NCBI GenBank assembly: GCA_050175015.1
Contig: JBFXJJ010000006.1
Span: 32,001 to 96,000, forward strand
From: Alphaproteobacteria bacterium
Lineage (GTDB): Bacteria; Pseudomonadota; Alphaproteobacteria; JBFXJJ01
Length of the DNA: 64,000 bases
Direction: 5' to 3'
Below are positions 10,741 through 21,256 of the stretch, in pieces. Made by a program: the position numbers and the translations under genes. How positions within the stretch are numbered: the first letter of the stretch is position 1; each line of letters starts with the position of its first letter. A model generated the notes under the pieces. That model did not search any database. It was not told the origin of the DNA and was given only the letters and a program-made list of their open reading frames with translations.

Positions 10741-11718
10741 ATGACAGTATTACGGTCTCAAATAATTGGAGCTGGGCATTATTTACCAGAGCGTATTTTA
10801 ACGAATAGTGAATTATCTAAAACCGTAGATACCTCAGATGAATGGATTAGAGAAAGAACAGGCATTAAAGAACGCCACATCGCAGCAGATAATGAAAAAA
10901 CTTCGGATTTAGCTTTCAAAGCAGCTTCCAAAGCTATTGAAAATGCGAAGATAACAGCTGATGATATTGATGCTATTGTCCTTGGAACAACTACACCCGA
11001 TAATACTTTTCCAGCAACAGCTGCAAAAGTTCAAGCTTTACTTGGTATGACAAGGGGCTTTGCTTTTGATGTTCAGGCCGTTTGCTCTGGATTTATATAT
11101 GCATTAATGGCTGCAGACAACTTGATTCGCTTGAAACAAGCAAAAAAAGTACTTGTTATTGGAGCCGAGACTTTCTCGAGAATTCTTAACTGGAATGATA
11201 GAAACACTTGTGTTTTGTTTGGCGACGGTGCTGGAGCCATTGTACTTAGCGCTTGTGAAGGCGAAGGAACAAGCAACGATACTGGTATTATTGATATAAA
11301 CGTCTATTCGGATGGTCGTGAATATGAACAACTTTATCTTACTGGCGGTCCCTCTTCTTTAGAAAGAATTGGTAATATCTTTATGAATGGGCGAGAAGTT
11401 TTTAAGCATGCGGTTACAAACCTTGCTGTTGCAGCTCAAACCATTCTTGACAATAATAAGATAAAAGTCGAAGAAATTAGTTGGCTGCTTCCTCATCAAG
11501 CTAATGCTAGAATTATTGACAGCACATCAAAAAAATTGGGAATACCAAACGAAAAGGTTATTATTACAGTAGATAAGCACGCTAACACATCCGCAGCTTC
11601 GATTCCTCTAGCATTATCAGAATCAATGATGGCTGGGAAAATAAAAAAAGGTGATTTAGTAGTGATGGACGCAATGGGTGGAGGTTTCACTTGGGGCGCA
11701 GCATTAGTTCGTATATAA
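10741..11718 (+). CDS. fabH: 3-oxoacyl-ACP synthase III
   Basis: AVCSGF, LFGDGAGA, PHQAN, HANTSAAS, GGGFTWG. Confidence 0.98.
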   Translation: MTVLRSQIIGAGHYLPERILTNSELSKTVDTSDEWIRERTGIKERHIAADNEKTSDLAFKAASKAIENAKITADDIDAIVLGTTTPDNTFPATAAKVQALLGMTRGFAFDVQAVCSGFIYALMAADNLIRLKQAKKVLVIGAETFSRILNWNDRNTCVLFGDGAGAIVLSACEGEGTSNDTGIIDINVYSDGREYEQLYLTGGPSSLERIGNIFMNGREVFKHAVTNLAVAAQTILDNNKIKVEEISWLLPHQANARIIDSTSKKLGIPNEKVIITVDKHANTSAASIPLALSESMMAGKIKKGDLVVMDAMGGGFTWGAALVRI

Positions 11719-11820
11719 AAAATTGCTAAAGCTGTTATAATTTTGTATAATGCTTGTAATTTGATGATTTTTGTTTAATCTTAAATTTAGTGAAACTAAA
11801 CCAAATAATTGGGTGTGCTA

Positions 11821-12117
11821 ATGGAAAACAATACTATTACTAGAGTTGATATCAGTGAAGCAATATATCACGAAGTAGGTCTTTCCCGTAAAGATACTAT
11901 GGATTTATTGGAAATGATTATTGATGAAATTTCTTCAGCCCTATCAAAAGGTGATGAGGTAAAGATTTCTTCATTTGGAACGTTTGCTGTGCGCCAAAAG
12001 AAACAAAGAATTGGCAGAAACCCAAAAACCAAACAAGAAGTTCCTATTACTCCAAGGAAAGTATTGTCTTTTAGAGCTTCTCAGCTTTTAAAAAAACGTA
12101 TCAACGATAATAAATAA
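11821..12117 (+). CDS. ihfA: Integration host factor alpha
   Basis: VKISSFGTF, RIGRNPKT, FRASQLLK; fabH-ihfA-MerR synteny. Confidence 0.95.
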   Translation: MENNTITRVDISEAIYHEVGLSRKDTMDLLEMIIDEISSALSKGDEVKISSFGTFAVRQKKQRIGRNPKTKQEVPITPRKVLSFRASQLLKKRINDNK

Positions 12118-12140
12118 TACTCTTGTGGTAAAAAGAAGAG

Positions 12141-12587
12141 ATGTCCCAAACGGAAAACCATACCTTAAAAAAGTCAAAGACGGCGTTTAGAACAATTAGC
12201 GAAGTTTCAAAAGAAGTTGAAGTCGCCCAACATGTTTTACGTTTTTGGGAAACAAAATTTCCTGAAATTCAGCCAATCAAACGTGGCGGTGGGCGTAGGT
12301 ATTACCGTGTTGATGATATTACTTTAATTAAAACAATTAAAACACTTCTTTATGAAGAACGTTACACTATTGAAGGCGTTCAAAAGCTTTTTAAAGAAAA
12401 GGGCGTAAAAAATATTATTGATGACAGTAATAGTGGGTTCTTCGCCAATGAATTTCTAGCTCCTACAGTTGAAGAGCATCAAAAGCCATCTCCCATTGAG
12501 ACGACCGCCTTAAACCAAGAAAAAATCAATAATATTTTATCCGAGCTTCAAAGCTTAAGAAATTATATTAGAACATCTAACGTCTAA
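12141..12587 (+). CDS. MerR-family regulator (ihfA-linked)
   Basis: [27 protein letters not shown]. Confidence 0.92.
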   Translation: MSQTENHTLKKSKTAFRTISEVSKEVEVAQHVLRFWETKFPEIQPIKRGGGRRYYRVDDITLIKTIKTLLYEERYTIEGVQKLFKEKGVKNIIDDSNSGFFANEFLAPTVEEHQKPSPIETTALNQEKINNILSELQSLRNYIRTSNV

Positions 12588-12995
12588 TTGTACGTAAGGT
12601 AAGATTTATAACTTTACCCTTTAACAAGTCTATAGTTTTTTTATAAATATCTCTTTAGAACATATTTCATTTAGTTGTACGCAATTTAAGTTTCTCATTT
12701 GAGAGACAATACGCAAGAAGTGCCTCAAATATACGGTCGACACGACGCTAGCAAAATGCCCCCCAAAAAAGGACAAGCTAAAAAGCTCTACGCCCCCCTA
12801 AAATCTTGATTGGTACGCCTTTAATAAAACTTCAAGATATAAGATAACATCGATTTAAACTAACCCAATGTAATGTTATTTATGAATTTTCTAATTACAA
12901 AACGGATATGCCCACTAAAAATCCATATATAGCTAACCTTTTATAATTTAAGCTATTGCTTTAATTAATAATTATAGCTATATTTCTAAACGTGT

Positions 12996-13072
12996 CGGAG
13001 CGTGGCGCAGCCTGGTAGCGTACTAGCATGGGGCGCTAGGGGTCGGAGGTTCAAATCCTCTCGCTCCGACCA
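12996..13072 (+). tRNA. tRNA-Pro (GGG)
   Basis: Cloverleaf CGGAGCG/CGCTCCG, anticodon arm CTAGC-ATGGGGC-GCTAG, GGTTCAAATCC, CCA end. Confidence 0.97.
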
Positions 13073-13396
13073 ATTTATTTACGAACTTCATCATCAAAAA
13101 AATTTATAGCTACTTCCTATCATTTATTGAAATTCACAAAAAGTCTGCCTTTTTTTATTTTTTTCTATCTATCTAAGAACAAATAATTTCTTACTAAATT
13201 GTGTTAGCTGCAATTAAACAGCTTACATTCCAAGCTTTAAAACAATTTAAACAAAGAACTTTTTTCCTTATATGCTAAAAACTTTTTGCCTAGCTTTTCT
13301 TTCTTAGTATTAAAAAATATTTAATGCTCTTTTTATATAAAATCTTAAATTGGAATTCAGCTAATCCCGTTTATGGCACTGAACTCACTCAGGCAA

Positions 13397-13409
13397 TAAC
13401 ATATTGATA
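13397..13409. promoter_or_regulatory. IHF-site match upstream of the flgE promoter
   Basis: TAACATATTGATA fits YAANNNNTTGATW. Confidence 0.4.
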
Positions 13410-13528
13410 ATAAAATATTTTTTCTAAACAAAAAAATATCCCTCTTAATTAAAGTTATTTTTATTATCAGATACACTTTAAATTTTAATTTTATTAAAAA
13501 AACAATTTATATCCGTTATAAAGTGTTT

Positions 13529-13544
13529 TGGCATACTTATTGCA
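13529..13544 (+). promoter_or_regulatory. Sigma54 (-24/-12) promoter
   Basis: TGGCATACTTATTGCA = GG-N10-GC consensus, 51 nt before flgE ATG. Confidence 0.8.
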
Positions 13545-13595
13545 TACCACATTTTGATATTATTTTTATGTTAAGCTCACAAGGAGTTAAAAACT

Positions 13596-14831
13596 ATGAC
13601 TATTGGTCTCTTTACTTCCAGCGTTCAGGGAATGAATGTACAAAGCCATAGTATGGCACAAATAAGCACCAATATTGCAAACGTCAATACTGTAGCTTAC
13701 AAACGGTCTGAAACCAATTTTCAAACAATTTTAGGCAAAGAAAATTTGTCTCTAAATAGTTTTTCAGGCGTTGCAGCAACAGACCGCAGATACGTTGAAG
13801 ATATTGGACAATTTGTTTCAAGCAGTGGACAATACGATGTTGCAATAAACGGTTCAGGTTTTTTTGTTGTTAATGATTCTGTCGATGGTGATGGTCAAAA
13901 TTACTATACCAGAGCCGGCAACTTCAGTGGCCTTTCCTTAACTAACTCTGATGGCACCATTGATAGTTATCTAGGTACAGAAAGCGGATATTATGTTATG
14001 GGTTGGATGGCTGATGATGACGGCACATTTCCAACAGGAGAAGATCTTGAAGCTTTAAATATAGAAGCCGCAGAAGAAATAGATGGGACAGCTACAACAA
14101 GCGTGACCATAAGAGGAAATATTGCCGCTGACTGTGATGATGAATCACAATCCATCGGCCTTGCTATTTATGGACCAGATTTTGATGCCAAAAACATTTC
14201 TGCTGTATTCACGGAGACTGATACAGCCAATGTTTGGGAATTAAGTTTTGTTTCATCTGAAGGCACTGTTACCTCACCAGCAGCAGATGAGCCAATAACC
14301 GTTAGGTTTGATGATGAAGGCAACTTTGCAGAACCCACAACCGGAATACCTTTTAGTATAACTTGGGCTGACGGTAGCGGTTCTAATACTGTTGAATTAG
14401 ACATTAGTGAGATGACGCAGCTTGGCGACGAAAAAATTATTTTAGGCATTGACCAAAACGGCCAAGAAACAGGGCAACTATTATCAACTAGCTTTGATTC
14501 AAATGGCGTTCTATCTGGGATATATTCAAATGGCGTATCTAAGCCTATTTGCAAACTTGCTCAAGCTGAATTTACGGTTCCTAACAATTTAGAAGCTGTT
14601 TCTGGCAATCTTTTTAAGGCAACGTTTGAAGCTGGAGAGATAACGATAAAAGGCGATGGCGAAAATGGAGCAGCCTCTCCTTTATTAGTCAGCACATTAG
14701 AAAGCTCTAATGTTGATTTGGTTGATCAGTTCTCTAAAATGGTTATAACACAAAAAGCATACTCAACAGCAGCAACAGCCTTTAAAACTACTGATGAAAT
14801 GCTCCAAGAAGTAGCAAACCTGAAACAATAA
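13596..14831 (+). CDS. flgE: Flagellar hook protein FlgE family
   Basis: STNIANVNTVAYK, DVAINGSGFFVV, YYTRAGNF, LESSNVDLVDQFSKMVITQKAY. Confidence 0.88.
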   Translation: MTIGLFTSSVQGMNVQSHSMAQISTNIANVNTVAYKRSETNFQTILGKENLSLNSFSGVAATDRRYVEDIGQFVSSSGQYDVAINGSGFFVVNDSVDGDGQNYYTRAGNFSGLSLTNSDGTIDSYLGTESGYYVMGWMADDDGTFPTGEDLEALNIEAAEEIDGTATTSVTIRGNIAADCDDESQSIGLAIYGPDFDAKNISAVFTETDTANVWELSFVSSEGTVTSPAADEPITVRFDDEGNFAEPTTGIPFSITWADGSGSNTVELDISEMTQLGDEKIILGIDQNGQETGQLLSTSFDSNGVLSGIYSNGVSKPICKLAQAEFTVPNNLEAVSGNLFKATFEAGEITIKGDGENGAASPLLVSTLESSNVDLVDQFSKMVITQKAYSTAATAFKTTDEMLQEVANLKQ

Positions 14832-14851
14832 CTAAATATCGTTTCAGGTTT
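14816..14851. terminator. Hairpin at flgE 3' end
   Basis: AAACCTGAAAC-N14-GTTTCAGGTTT between convergent genes. Confidence 0.5.
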
Positions 14852-14895
14852 GATAAATTTTATAATAAATTAAGTCTTATAATTTTTTATAGGAC

Positions 14896-15660
14896 TTATT
14901 TTTTGCCTTTAGCTTTAGCAATAGCTTCAAGGAATGTATCTTCAGGATAAGCACCTTCAATGAAAGTTTCACCAATGATAATTCCAGGAACGCCGTTACC
15001 GCCTAAAGCTTGGAATAATTTCTGAGCAGCATTAAACATATCTCTAACAGCATCAGATTTCATATCTTTATCAAGACGTTTAACATCATAACCAACACCT
15101 TCAGCAAGTTTCAAAAGGGTTTCTCTGTTAGCATGACCACCATCTTGGAAAATAGCATCGTGTAAAGCTCTTAATTTGCTAGAATCCTGAAGACTTGCAG
15201 CATACATAATTTCAGCAGCTTCGGTTCCACCAAGTGGGTTAAGAGGCTTAAGAATCCATCTTAAAGAAGAATCTTCTTTAGCAAGTTTTTCCATTGTATC
15301 AACATTCTTTTTGCAGAATGGGCATCTGAAATCCATAAATTCAACCATATTTACGGTTCCATTTGGATTAGCAAGAATAACAGCGCCATCTAAACTGTTT
15401 AAAGCGTCTTTATTTTCATTAATAACTTTAGCATGTTCTTCTGGGGATTTAGCTTGTTCTGCAAGGTTTTTTTCTTCTTCTAAAGAAGGCATTCCAAAGA
15501 ATTTTCTCATAGAAGCATCAATAACTTTTGGATTTTCTACTACATAGTTTTCAATAGCTTTATCAAGAGCTGCTTTTCTGGTTGTATAGAAAGGAAGATA
15601 TGCCAGTATTGCAACGACAATAACAGCTAACACTACGTTTTTGTTATTTTTTTCACTCAT
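14896..15660 (-). CDS. DsbA/ScsC(Com1)-like thiol-disulfide oxidoreductase
   Basis: N-terminal TM, VEFMDFRCPFCKK, G(N)GVPG cis-Pro loop. Confidence 0.88.
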   Translation of the reverse strand: MSEKNNKNVVLAVIVVAILAYLPFYTTRKAALDKAIENYVVENPKVIDASMRKFFGMPSLEEEKNLAEQAKSPEEHAKVINENKDALNSLDGAVILANPNGTVNMVEFMDFRCPFCKKNVDTMEKLAKEDSSLRWILKPLNPLGGTEAAEIMYAASLQDSSKLRALHDAIFQDGGHANRETLLKLAEGVGYDVKRLDKDMKSDAVRDMFNAAQKLFQALGGNGVPGIIIGETFIEGAYPEDTFLEAIAKAKGKK

Positions 15661-15685
15661 TAATTTTTCTCCTTAAAATTAAACA

Positions 15686-17035
15686 TCAGTCTTTTTTATT
15701 ATAAAAATTTGTTTCTTGCAAGATATCTTTCATTCTTATCCAAGAAGGTGAATCTTTAGCAAGAACATCTATTGCTTTTTTGGCATTTAGCTCTGCCATT
15801 TTAGTATCACCGATAATAAAACTATACTCAGCAGTAGCCTCCCAAGCTTTACCCATATCGTTCAACCGTCCATACCCATTAGCCATAAGGCGCCAAGCTC
15901 CAGAATTATCTTTTTCAAGATCAACAACTTTTCTTAAATAAGAAATGGCTTGATTAATATTATTGGTATTATTGGTTTCAATAAGGGCGCTTGCCAACCC
16001 ATACATCAACAAAGGATTGTTAGAGAGGTTATCAACAGCTTTTTGATAATAAGGTACAGAATCATTTATTTTAGATCCCTCAAATAATATTTGACCTTTT
16101 AATTCATTAAAATAAGGATCATTTGGAAACTCCGTAAGAAGAGAATCTAACTCTTTCAAAGAATCATTTGTTTTCAACTGGCGGTAATATGCTATTGCTC
16201 TTGCATACCTAGCTATTAAAGATACATCTTCTTTAGGATACTTACTTAAAGTTGTTACTGGATTATCTAAAAAAGCTTTTAATTTGGTAACAAGCCTTTG
16301 ATGTTTTCTAACAAAATCAGGATTAGATGGTTTGTTAGTATATTTTGAGCTTTTTACAAAGTTATCAAGAAAGCTAATTCTCTCTGGTGTTAAAGGGTGG
16401 GTTCTAAAATAAGGATCTTGGTTATTGCTTAGAAGAGCGTCATTATGATTTATTTTTTTCATAAACTGCAATAATCCCAACGAGGATTCCCCAGTTTCTT
16501 CAAGCACCTTGGTTGCATATAAATCTGCAGAGTTTTCTTCTGACCTGCGATAATTAAAATAAGACCCCATTGAAGAGGACATACCACCCATAGCAACAGC
16601 TGATCCGACATCAGAACGACCACTTGCAATCATAGCGAGACCGCCAGCTAATGTGGATAAAAGCATAGCTGTACTAGTTTTTTTGTTTTGACCTTCAAGA
16701 CGAACCAAGTGCCCGCCCACAATATGTCCTAGTTCGTGGGCAACAACGCCTATTATCTGCTCTGGAGTTTCGCTTTGAGTTAACAAACCCGTGTAAATAA
16801 AAAGATTATTACCCTTTGCTACAAAGGCATTAATTTTATTATCATTAACGATACTAACAGATATTGTGTCAGGATTAATATTGGAAGCTTCAAATATTTT
16901 TTTTGTGAATTCTTTAAGATAATTTTCAATCTCAGCATCTCGGATAATGCTCATATCTGCCTTGGTATTTGATGGGAAAAAAACCATTACAAACATAAAG
17001 CATAAAATAAATTTTAGAAAAAACCTTTTTATCAA
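15686..17035 (-). CDS. M48 metalloprotease with TPR repeats (BepA-like)
   Basis: INAF, AHELGH, E..AD, THPLTPERI, C-terminal TPRs. Confidence 0.92.
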   Translation of the reverse strand: MIKRFFLKFILCFMFVMVFFPSNTKADMSIIRDAEIENYLKEFTKKIFEASNINPDTISVSIVNDNKINAFVAKGNNLFIYTGLLTQSETPEQIIGVVAHELGHIVGGHLVRLEGQNKKTSTAMLLSTLAGGLAMIASGRSDVGSAVAMGGMSSSMGSYFNYRRSEENSADLYATKVLEETGESSLGLLQFMKKINHNDALLSNNQDPYFRTHPLTPERISFLDNFVKSSKYTNKPSNPDFVRKHQRLVTKLKAFLDNPVTTLSKYPKEDVSLIARYARAIAYYRQLKTNDSLKELDSLLTEFPNDPYFNELKGQILFEGSKINDSVPYYQKAVDNLSNNPLLMYGLASALIETNNTNNINQAISYLRKVVDLEKDNSGAWRLMANGYGRLNDMGKAWEATAEYSFIIGDTKMAELNAKKAIDVLAKDSPSWIRMKDILQETNFYNKKD

Positions 17036-17120
17036 GCAAAAAAATCCTTATATAATGCTTTCATAAGTTTAAACAACTTATACTTTGTTTCTATTAATGG
17101 GAAAAATCAAGTTAAAAGCT

Positions 17121-18515
17121 ATGAAAATGACTTTTTATAATAAAATACTACCAATTTTTTTGGTCTCCGTTTTAATCAGCTCTTGTTCTGGCAATGCTAA
17201 AGTTGCAAGAACAGTTGCTAATCAGCAAACTTTTAGAGGTATTGTCGTTTCAGATGAACCACAAGCTACCATTGTAGGGCAAAATATACTAGCCAATGGC
17301 GGAAGTGCTGGCGATGCAATGGCAGCAATGGGACTTGCGATGTCAGTTACAATGCCTTCCCGTGTAGGTTTAGATGGCAGTGGTTTTTGCCAACTCTATA
17401 ACCCTAAAGAAAAGAATGTCCAAACGCTTGATTTTATTACAAACAATTTAAGTGATTCAACTGTCATCCCTGCTCTTCCAAGAGCCTTATTTGCTATTTA
17501 TGCTAAAGCTGGTAATCTGCGTTGGCCTGAAATTGTTTTTCCTGCAGAAAGCTTAGCTAAGTTTGATATGAAAATTTCAAGAGCTTTTGTTAAAGATTTA
17601 GAAACGTTATATCAAGCAAAAAGCGATACTAAAGACATCTATCTAGCTAGATTAATCAGCCATTTCTCATCAAAAGATGGAGAGCTTTTAAAAGAAGGTA
17701 TGCCTTTTTCTCAAATTGAACTAGCTACAGTTTTAGCTGGAATTAGAAATGCCGGAGCAGGAGATTTTTATAATGGCAATTTTGCTAAAAGATATATTGA
17801 ACAAATTTCCAATTTCCATTCAGGTATTACAGCCGAAAGTTTAGCCAATTATACGCCTATATGGCTGGCATCAAACGGCTTTAAGCTTGGAAATGAAATG
17901 GCTTATTTTCCATCTGACAAATTAACATCTGATTTTGGAAGCACTATTTGGAATCAACTAGTCGGTGATAATAACGACACTTCAAATAATATTTTAAACC
18001 TTTTGAACAACAAAAATGAAGATGTCGCATCTAAAACCAACTATGCTGCCAGTGCAATAGCTGTTGATGAAAGCGGAATGGCTATCGCCTGCACCTTTTC
18101 TATGGGGAAACTCTTTGGCGAACAAAAAATATTGCCAACCCTTGGCATAGTAAAAGCTTCAAAAGCCACTGATTTATTATCAGATATAAATCAATTAGCA
18201 AAAGCATCATCAATGATAATCATCAATGAGAATGTCAACGAATTTCGTTTTATTGGATCAGCCACAGGAGAATCTGCCGTTAGTGATTTACTGAAAACTT
18301 CTTTTTACGCAAACTATCAAAAGAAGAATTTAGAAACAGCGCTTCAGGAAACAGCTGATAACGATACAAGCACTATAAATCTTGTATCATGCAAAGAAGG
18401 CTTGCCTCCCTTCCCTGATACCTGTGAAGCTTTAAACGATATTCGAGCCGATGGCTACTTTAGATTTTCTGGAGTCCCTAAAAAAGGGAAAAGACCAGCT
18501 CCTAGAGAACGGTAA
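17121..18515 (+). CDS. Gamma-glutamyltransferase-like lipoprotein (degenerate)
   Basis: Lipobox ISSC; GIVVSDEPQA..G..IL.NGGSAGDA; GDFYNG; AIAVDESGMAIACT. Confidence 0.75.
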   Translation: MKMTFYNKILPIFLVSVLISSCSGNAKVARTVANQQTFRGIVVSDEPQATIVGQNILANGGSAGDAMAAMGLAMSVTMPSRVGLDGSGFCQLYNPKEKNVQTLDFITNNLSDSTVIPALPRALFAIYAKAGNLRWPEIVFPAESLAKFDMKISRAFVKDLETLYQAKSDTKDIYLARLISHFSSKDGELLKEGMPFSQIELATVLAGIRNAGAGDFYNGNFAKRYIEQISNFHSGITAESLANYTPIWLASNGFKLGNEMAYFPSDKLTSDFGSTIWNQLVGDNNDTSNNILNLLNNKNEDVASKTNYAASAIAVDESGMAIACTFSMGKLFGEQKILPTLGIVKASKATDLLSDINQLAKASSMIIINENVNEFRFIGSATGESAVSDLLKTSFYANYQKKNLETALQETADNDTSTINLVSCKEGLPPFPDTCEALNDIRADGYFRFSGVPKKGKRPAPRER

Positions 18516-18980
18516 TATTTTTGTGTTTTTTTGCTTTCCTATGGTTTAGAAACAGCGTACTTAAGCCTTAGGAAAGCCTTTAAACCATTGACAATAAAAA
18601 ACAAAATACTTTAAATAAAAAAACATTTGTTAAATCATTATAACAATTAAAAAACAATATTTAACAAAAATATGATTTTATATAACATATATAAGAATGA
18701 TAAACCTAACTATAACAAGGATAAGCTATAGTTATAATCGAAAACAGCAGACTTAGAAATATATTTTTATTAAACATAGTCTTGCCCTTTCTAAAATAAA
18801 TCCTAATTTTATTTTCTTATTGTCTCTATTCTGCCTTATTTTAAACGGCGTTGCAACAATTAAAAAAATGTCATTAAGCATCGTTTAGAGTATTTTTATC
18901 AAAATTAATTTAAAAGTTACATTTTTTTAACATTTAATTGAACTAATTTTTATGCAAAAAAATATCACCAACAGCTAATA

Positions 18981-19255
18981 TAACACCTTGATTATATTAT
19001 ATTTTATTTCAATATTATTTTAGGGTAACATATGGGTAGCAATAATATGCTAATTTTATAGAATATCTTAAAACATTATTAATATAACTTATTGAATTAA
19101 CATACTTTTTATATAAATACTTTTATTTAATGGGTAACATATAGGTAGCTTTATATAAAAAATATATAATAAAAATCTAAAAAATAAAAAATGTAATATT
19201 TATAACATATTGATTTTAAATATCTTTTTTATATCTTTTTTTCAATACATTTGAA
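18981..19255. repeat. Att-like region: two 18-bp direct repeats and three IHF-like sites
   Basis: GGGTAACATATRGGTAGC at 19023-19040 and 19132-19149; TAACACCTTGATT 18981, TAACTTATTGAAT 19085, TAACATATTGATT 19203. Confidence 0.65.
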
Positions 19256-21075
19256 TATATCCTTGTTATGGTTATAGTCAAACAGCCATCACAACCTGCT
19301 CAGAATTACAGGCGATAAACAACAACTTATCAGGTAGTTACTATCTTGCCAACGATATTGATTGCAGTGCGACATCAAGCTGGAACAGCGGTGCTGGTTT
19401 CGTACCTATCGGAAATGCATCGACCCCATTTGCAGGAACTTTTGATGGTAAGAGTTTAACCATAAAAGGACTATACATAAGCAGAGCGGGAATAAACCAA
19501 ATTGGCTTATTTGGGGAAACTAATAGTGCTACAATAAAAGATGTTACGTTGGATAGTATCAACATCACAGGGGGAAGCCGAACCGGCGGTTTAGTTGGAA
19601 GGACTGGAGGTACAACCTCCATAAAAAACTGTGGCACAAAAGGTTATGTTTATGGGCGTGCCGATTACTGCTGTATCGGAGGACTTGTTGGAGGTGCTTA
19701 CGGCAATTTTACTATTGCTAATAGTTATTCTCACGCAGCTGTCAACACTAATGTTTCTTGGTCTGGTGGGCTGGTTGGAGATCACTATACAGGAAAGATA
19801 ATTAATAGCTATGCCACGGGTTCTGTCGTTGGTTGTTCCGCAAGATGCGGGGGACTATCTGGACAACTTGTGAATAGTGGCTCAATAATAAATAGTTTTT
19901 CAACAGGTTCGCTATCAGGCTGTTCATCTTATTGTGGCGGTTTGTTTGGAATATATTATTCTGGGACATCTTCTGGCAATTATTGGGATTATCAAACATC
20001 AGGAATGGCCACCAGTGCAGGAGGAACAGGCAAAACTACAGCCCAAATGCAAACACAAAGCACTTTTGCAGGCTGGGATTTTGAAAATGATTGGTGTATG
20101 CCGGAAGGTGATTATCCACGGTTAAAATTTGAAGATGCTTGTTCCTTGCCAACTTGTACAGGTTGTGCGGTTTTAAGCGGCAGAGAATGTGTTGCTGGCG
20201 ACAGTTGTTCAGGCGAACACCCAAATTGTGTTGTAACTGATAATGATGGCATTTGTGAATGTTCAGCATCTAGCTGTAATGCGGGACGCAGCTGCTCTAC
20301 TGCGGGAATATGCTCTGACTGTGATAATTCTGAGGGGTGTGGCTCTTGTACTTGTGGAACCTCACAAAAGCCGACAGGAACAGGCGCCTGTATAAATGAC
20401 AGCTCGTGCTGTGTTGGTGAATGCAATATGGCAACTGGTGCTAATTTTTGCAGTTACAGTGATGACTTATGCTCCTCAGGAATAGCGTGCAACCGTTCAA
20501 CATTATCTTGCTGTGCTTCCTCCCTTCCTTATTGGCGAAGCAGCGACTGCAAACCTTGTGCCGCCACTAGTGGTTTGTCTGGAACGTGCCAAACTAAGGG
20601 CATGATGTGCAACTCGAATTATGATTGCGTAAGCTGTTTGGCTAATATGCAATGCACCTGTGATGATGGCTTTGTTTCTGATGGTGCTGGCGGCTGTATC
20701 GAGCCTTTATGCTACACCGACAGTGAATGCGGAACCGATAAATGTATCAATGCTGGAGACTACGACGCTTTCTGCTCAAACTGCAGTTCTATCAATAAGG
20801 TCTGGGTTTCAGGATCTTGCGAAAGCTGTCCAAGTGGTTCGACGTATCATAATGGTATTTGTTTATGCTCTGATGGCAAAATGTGGAATTCTGCAAGCAA
20901 TACCTGCTCTAAAAAAAGCGTAATTTCAAGCCACGGGGTTATTGATACCAAGAGTAAGGCAACCGCCATAACACCAGAGAGCCGCTATGACCGCATTAAG
21001 CGCAAAATGAATCGCATCACGAACAGCGCCTATGCAGGAGTAGCTGATAAAGAAGAATTGGAAGAATTAGAATAA
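19255..21075 (+). pseudogene. 5'-truncated GLUG-repeat plus Cys-rich extracellular protein
   Basis: Frame open from 19255 (AITTCSELQAINNNLSGSYYLANDIDC..GTFDG..GGLVG repeats) with no ATG/GTG/TTG before 19549 and no signal peptide; about 40 Cys in the C-terminal half. Confidence 0.7.
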
Positions 21076-21137
21076 TTAATTTTAGAGAAAGGAGGTTTTT
21101 AATAATCTGAAACTTTGCAAGAACAAACCCTGATAAT

Positions 21138-21186
21138 AAACGAGGAAATCTTAAAATATAATTTTAAAAATTTCCTCGTTTTTTTT
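21138..21186. terminator. Intrinsic terminator
   Basis: AAACGAGGAAAT...ATTTCCTCGTTT plus T-run. Confidence 0.75.
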
Positions 21187-21256
21187 ATGCTGAAATATCT
21201 GAAAAACTGATTTTGTAAAATATTTTTTTCCAATTATGCAAAATCTAATTGAGAAA

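Noticed and set aside
12588-12995. 400-bp intergenic region with a GC-richer patch and C-runs
   Set aside because: No convincing ORF in the plus-strand frames checked, and no recognisable RNA motif or repeat
13549-13576. TTATGTTAA resembling the XerD arm of dif
   Set aside because: No XerC-like arm at the right spacing
18516-19254. AT-rich region as replication origin or CRISPR array
   Set aside because: No DnaA-box cluster seen; only two 18-bp repeats 109 bp apart and no cas genes
19255-21075. Diversity-generating retroelement target
   Set aside because: No reverse transcriptase and no TR/VR repeat pair differing at adenines found in the window
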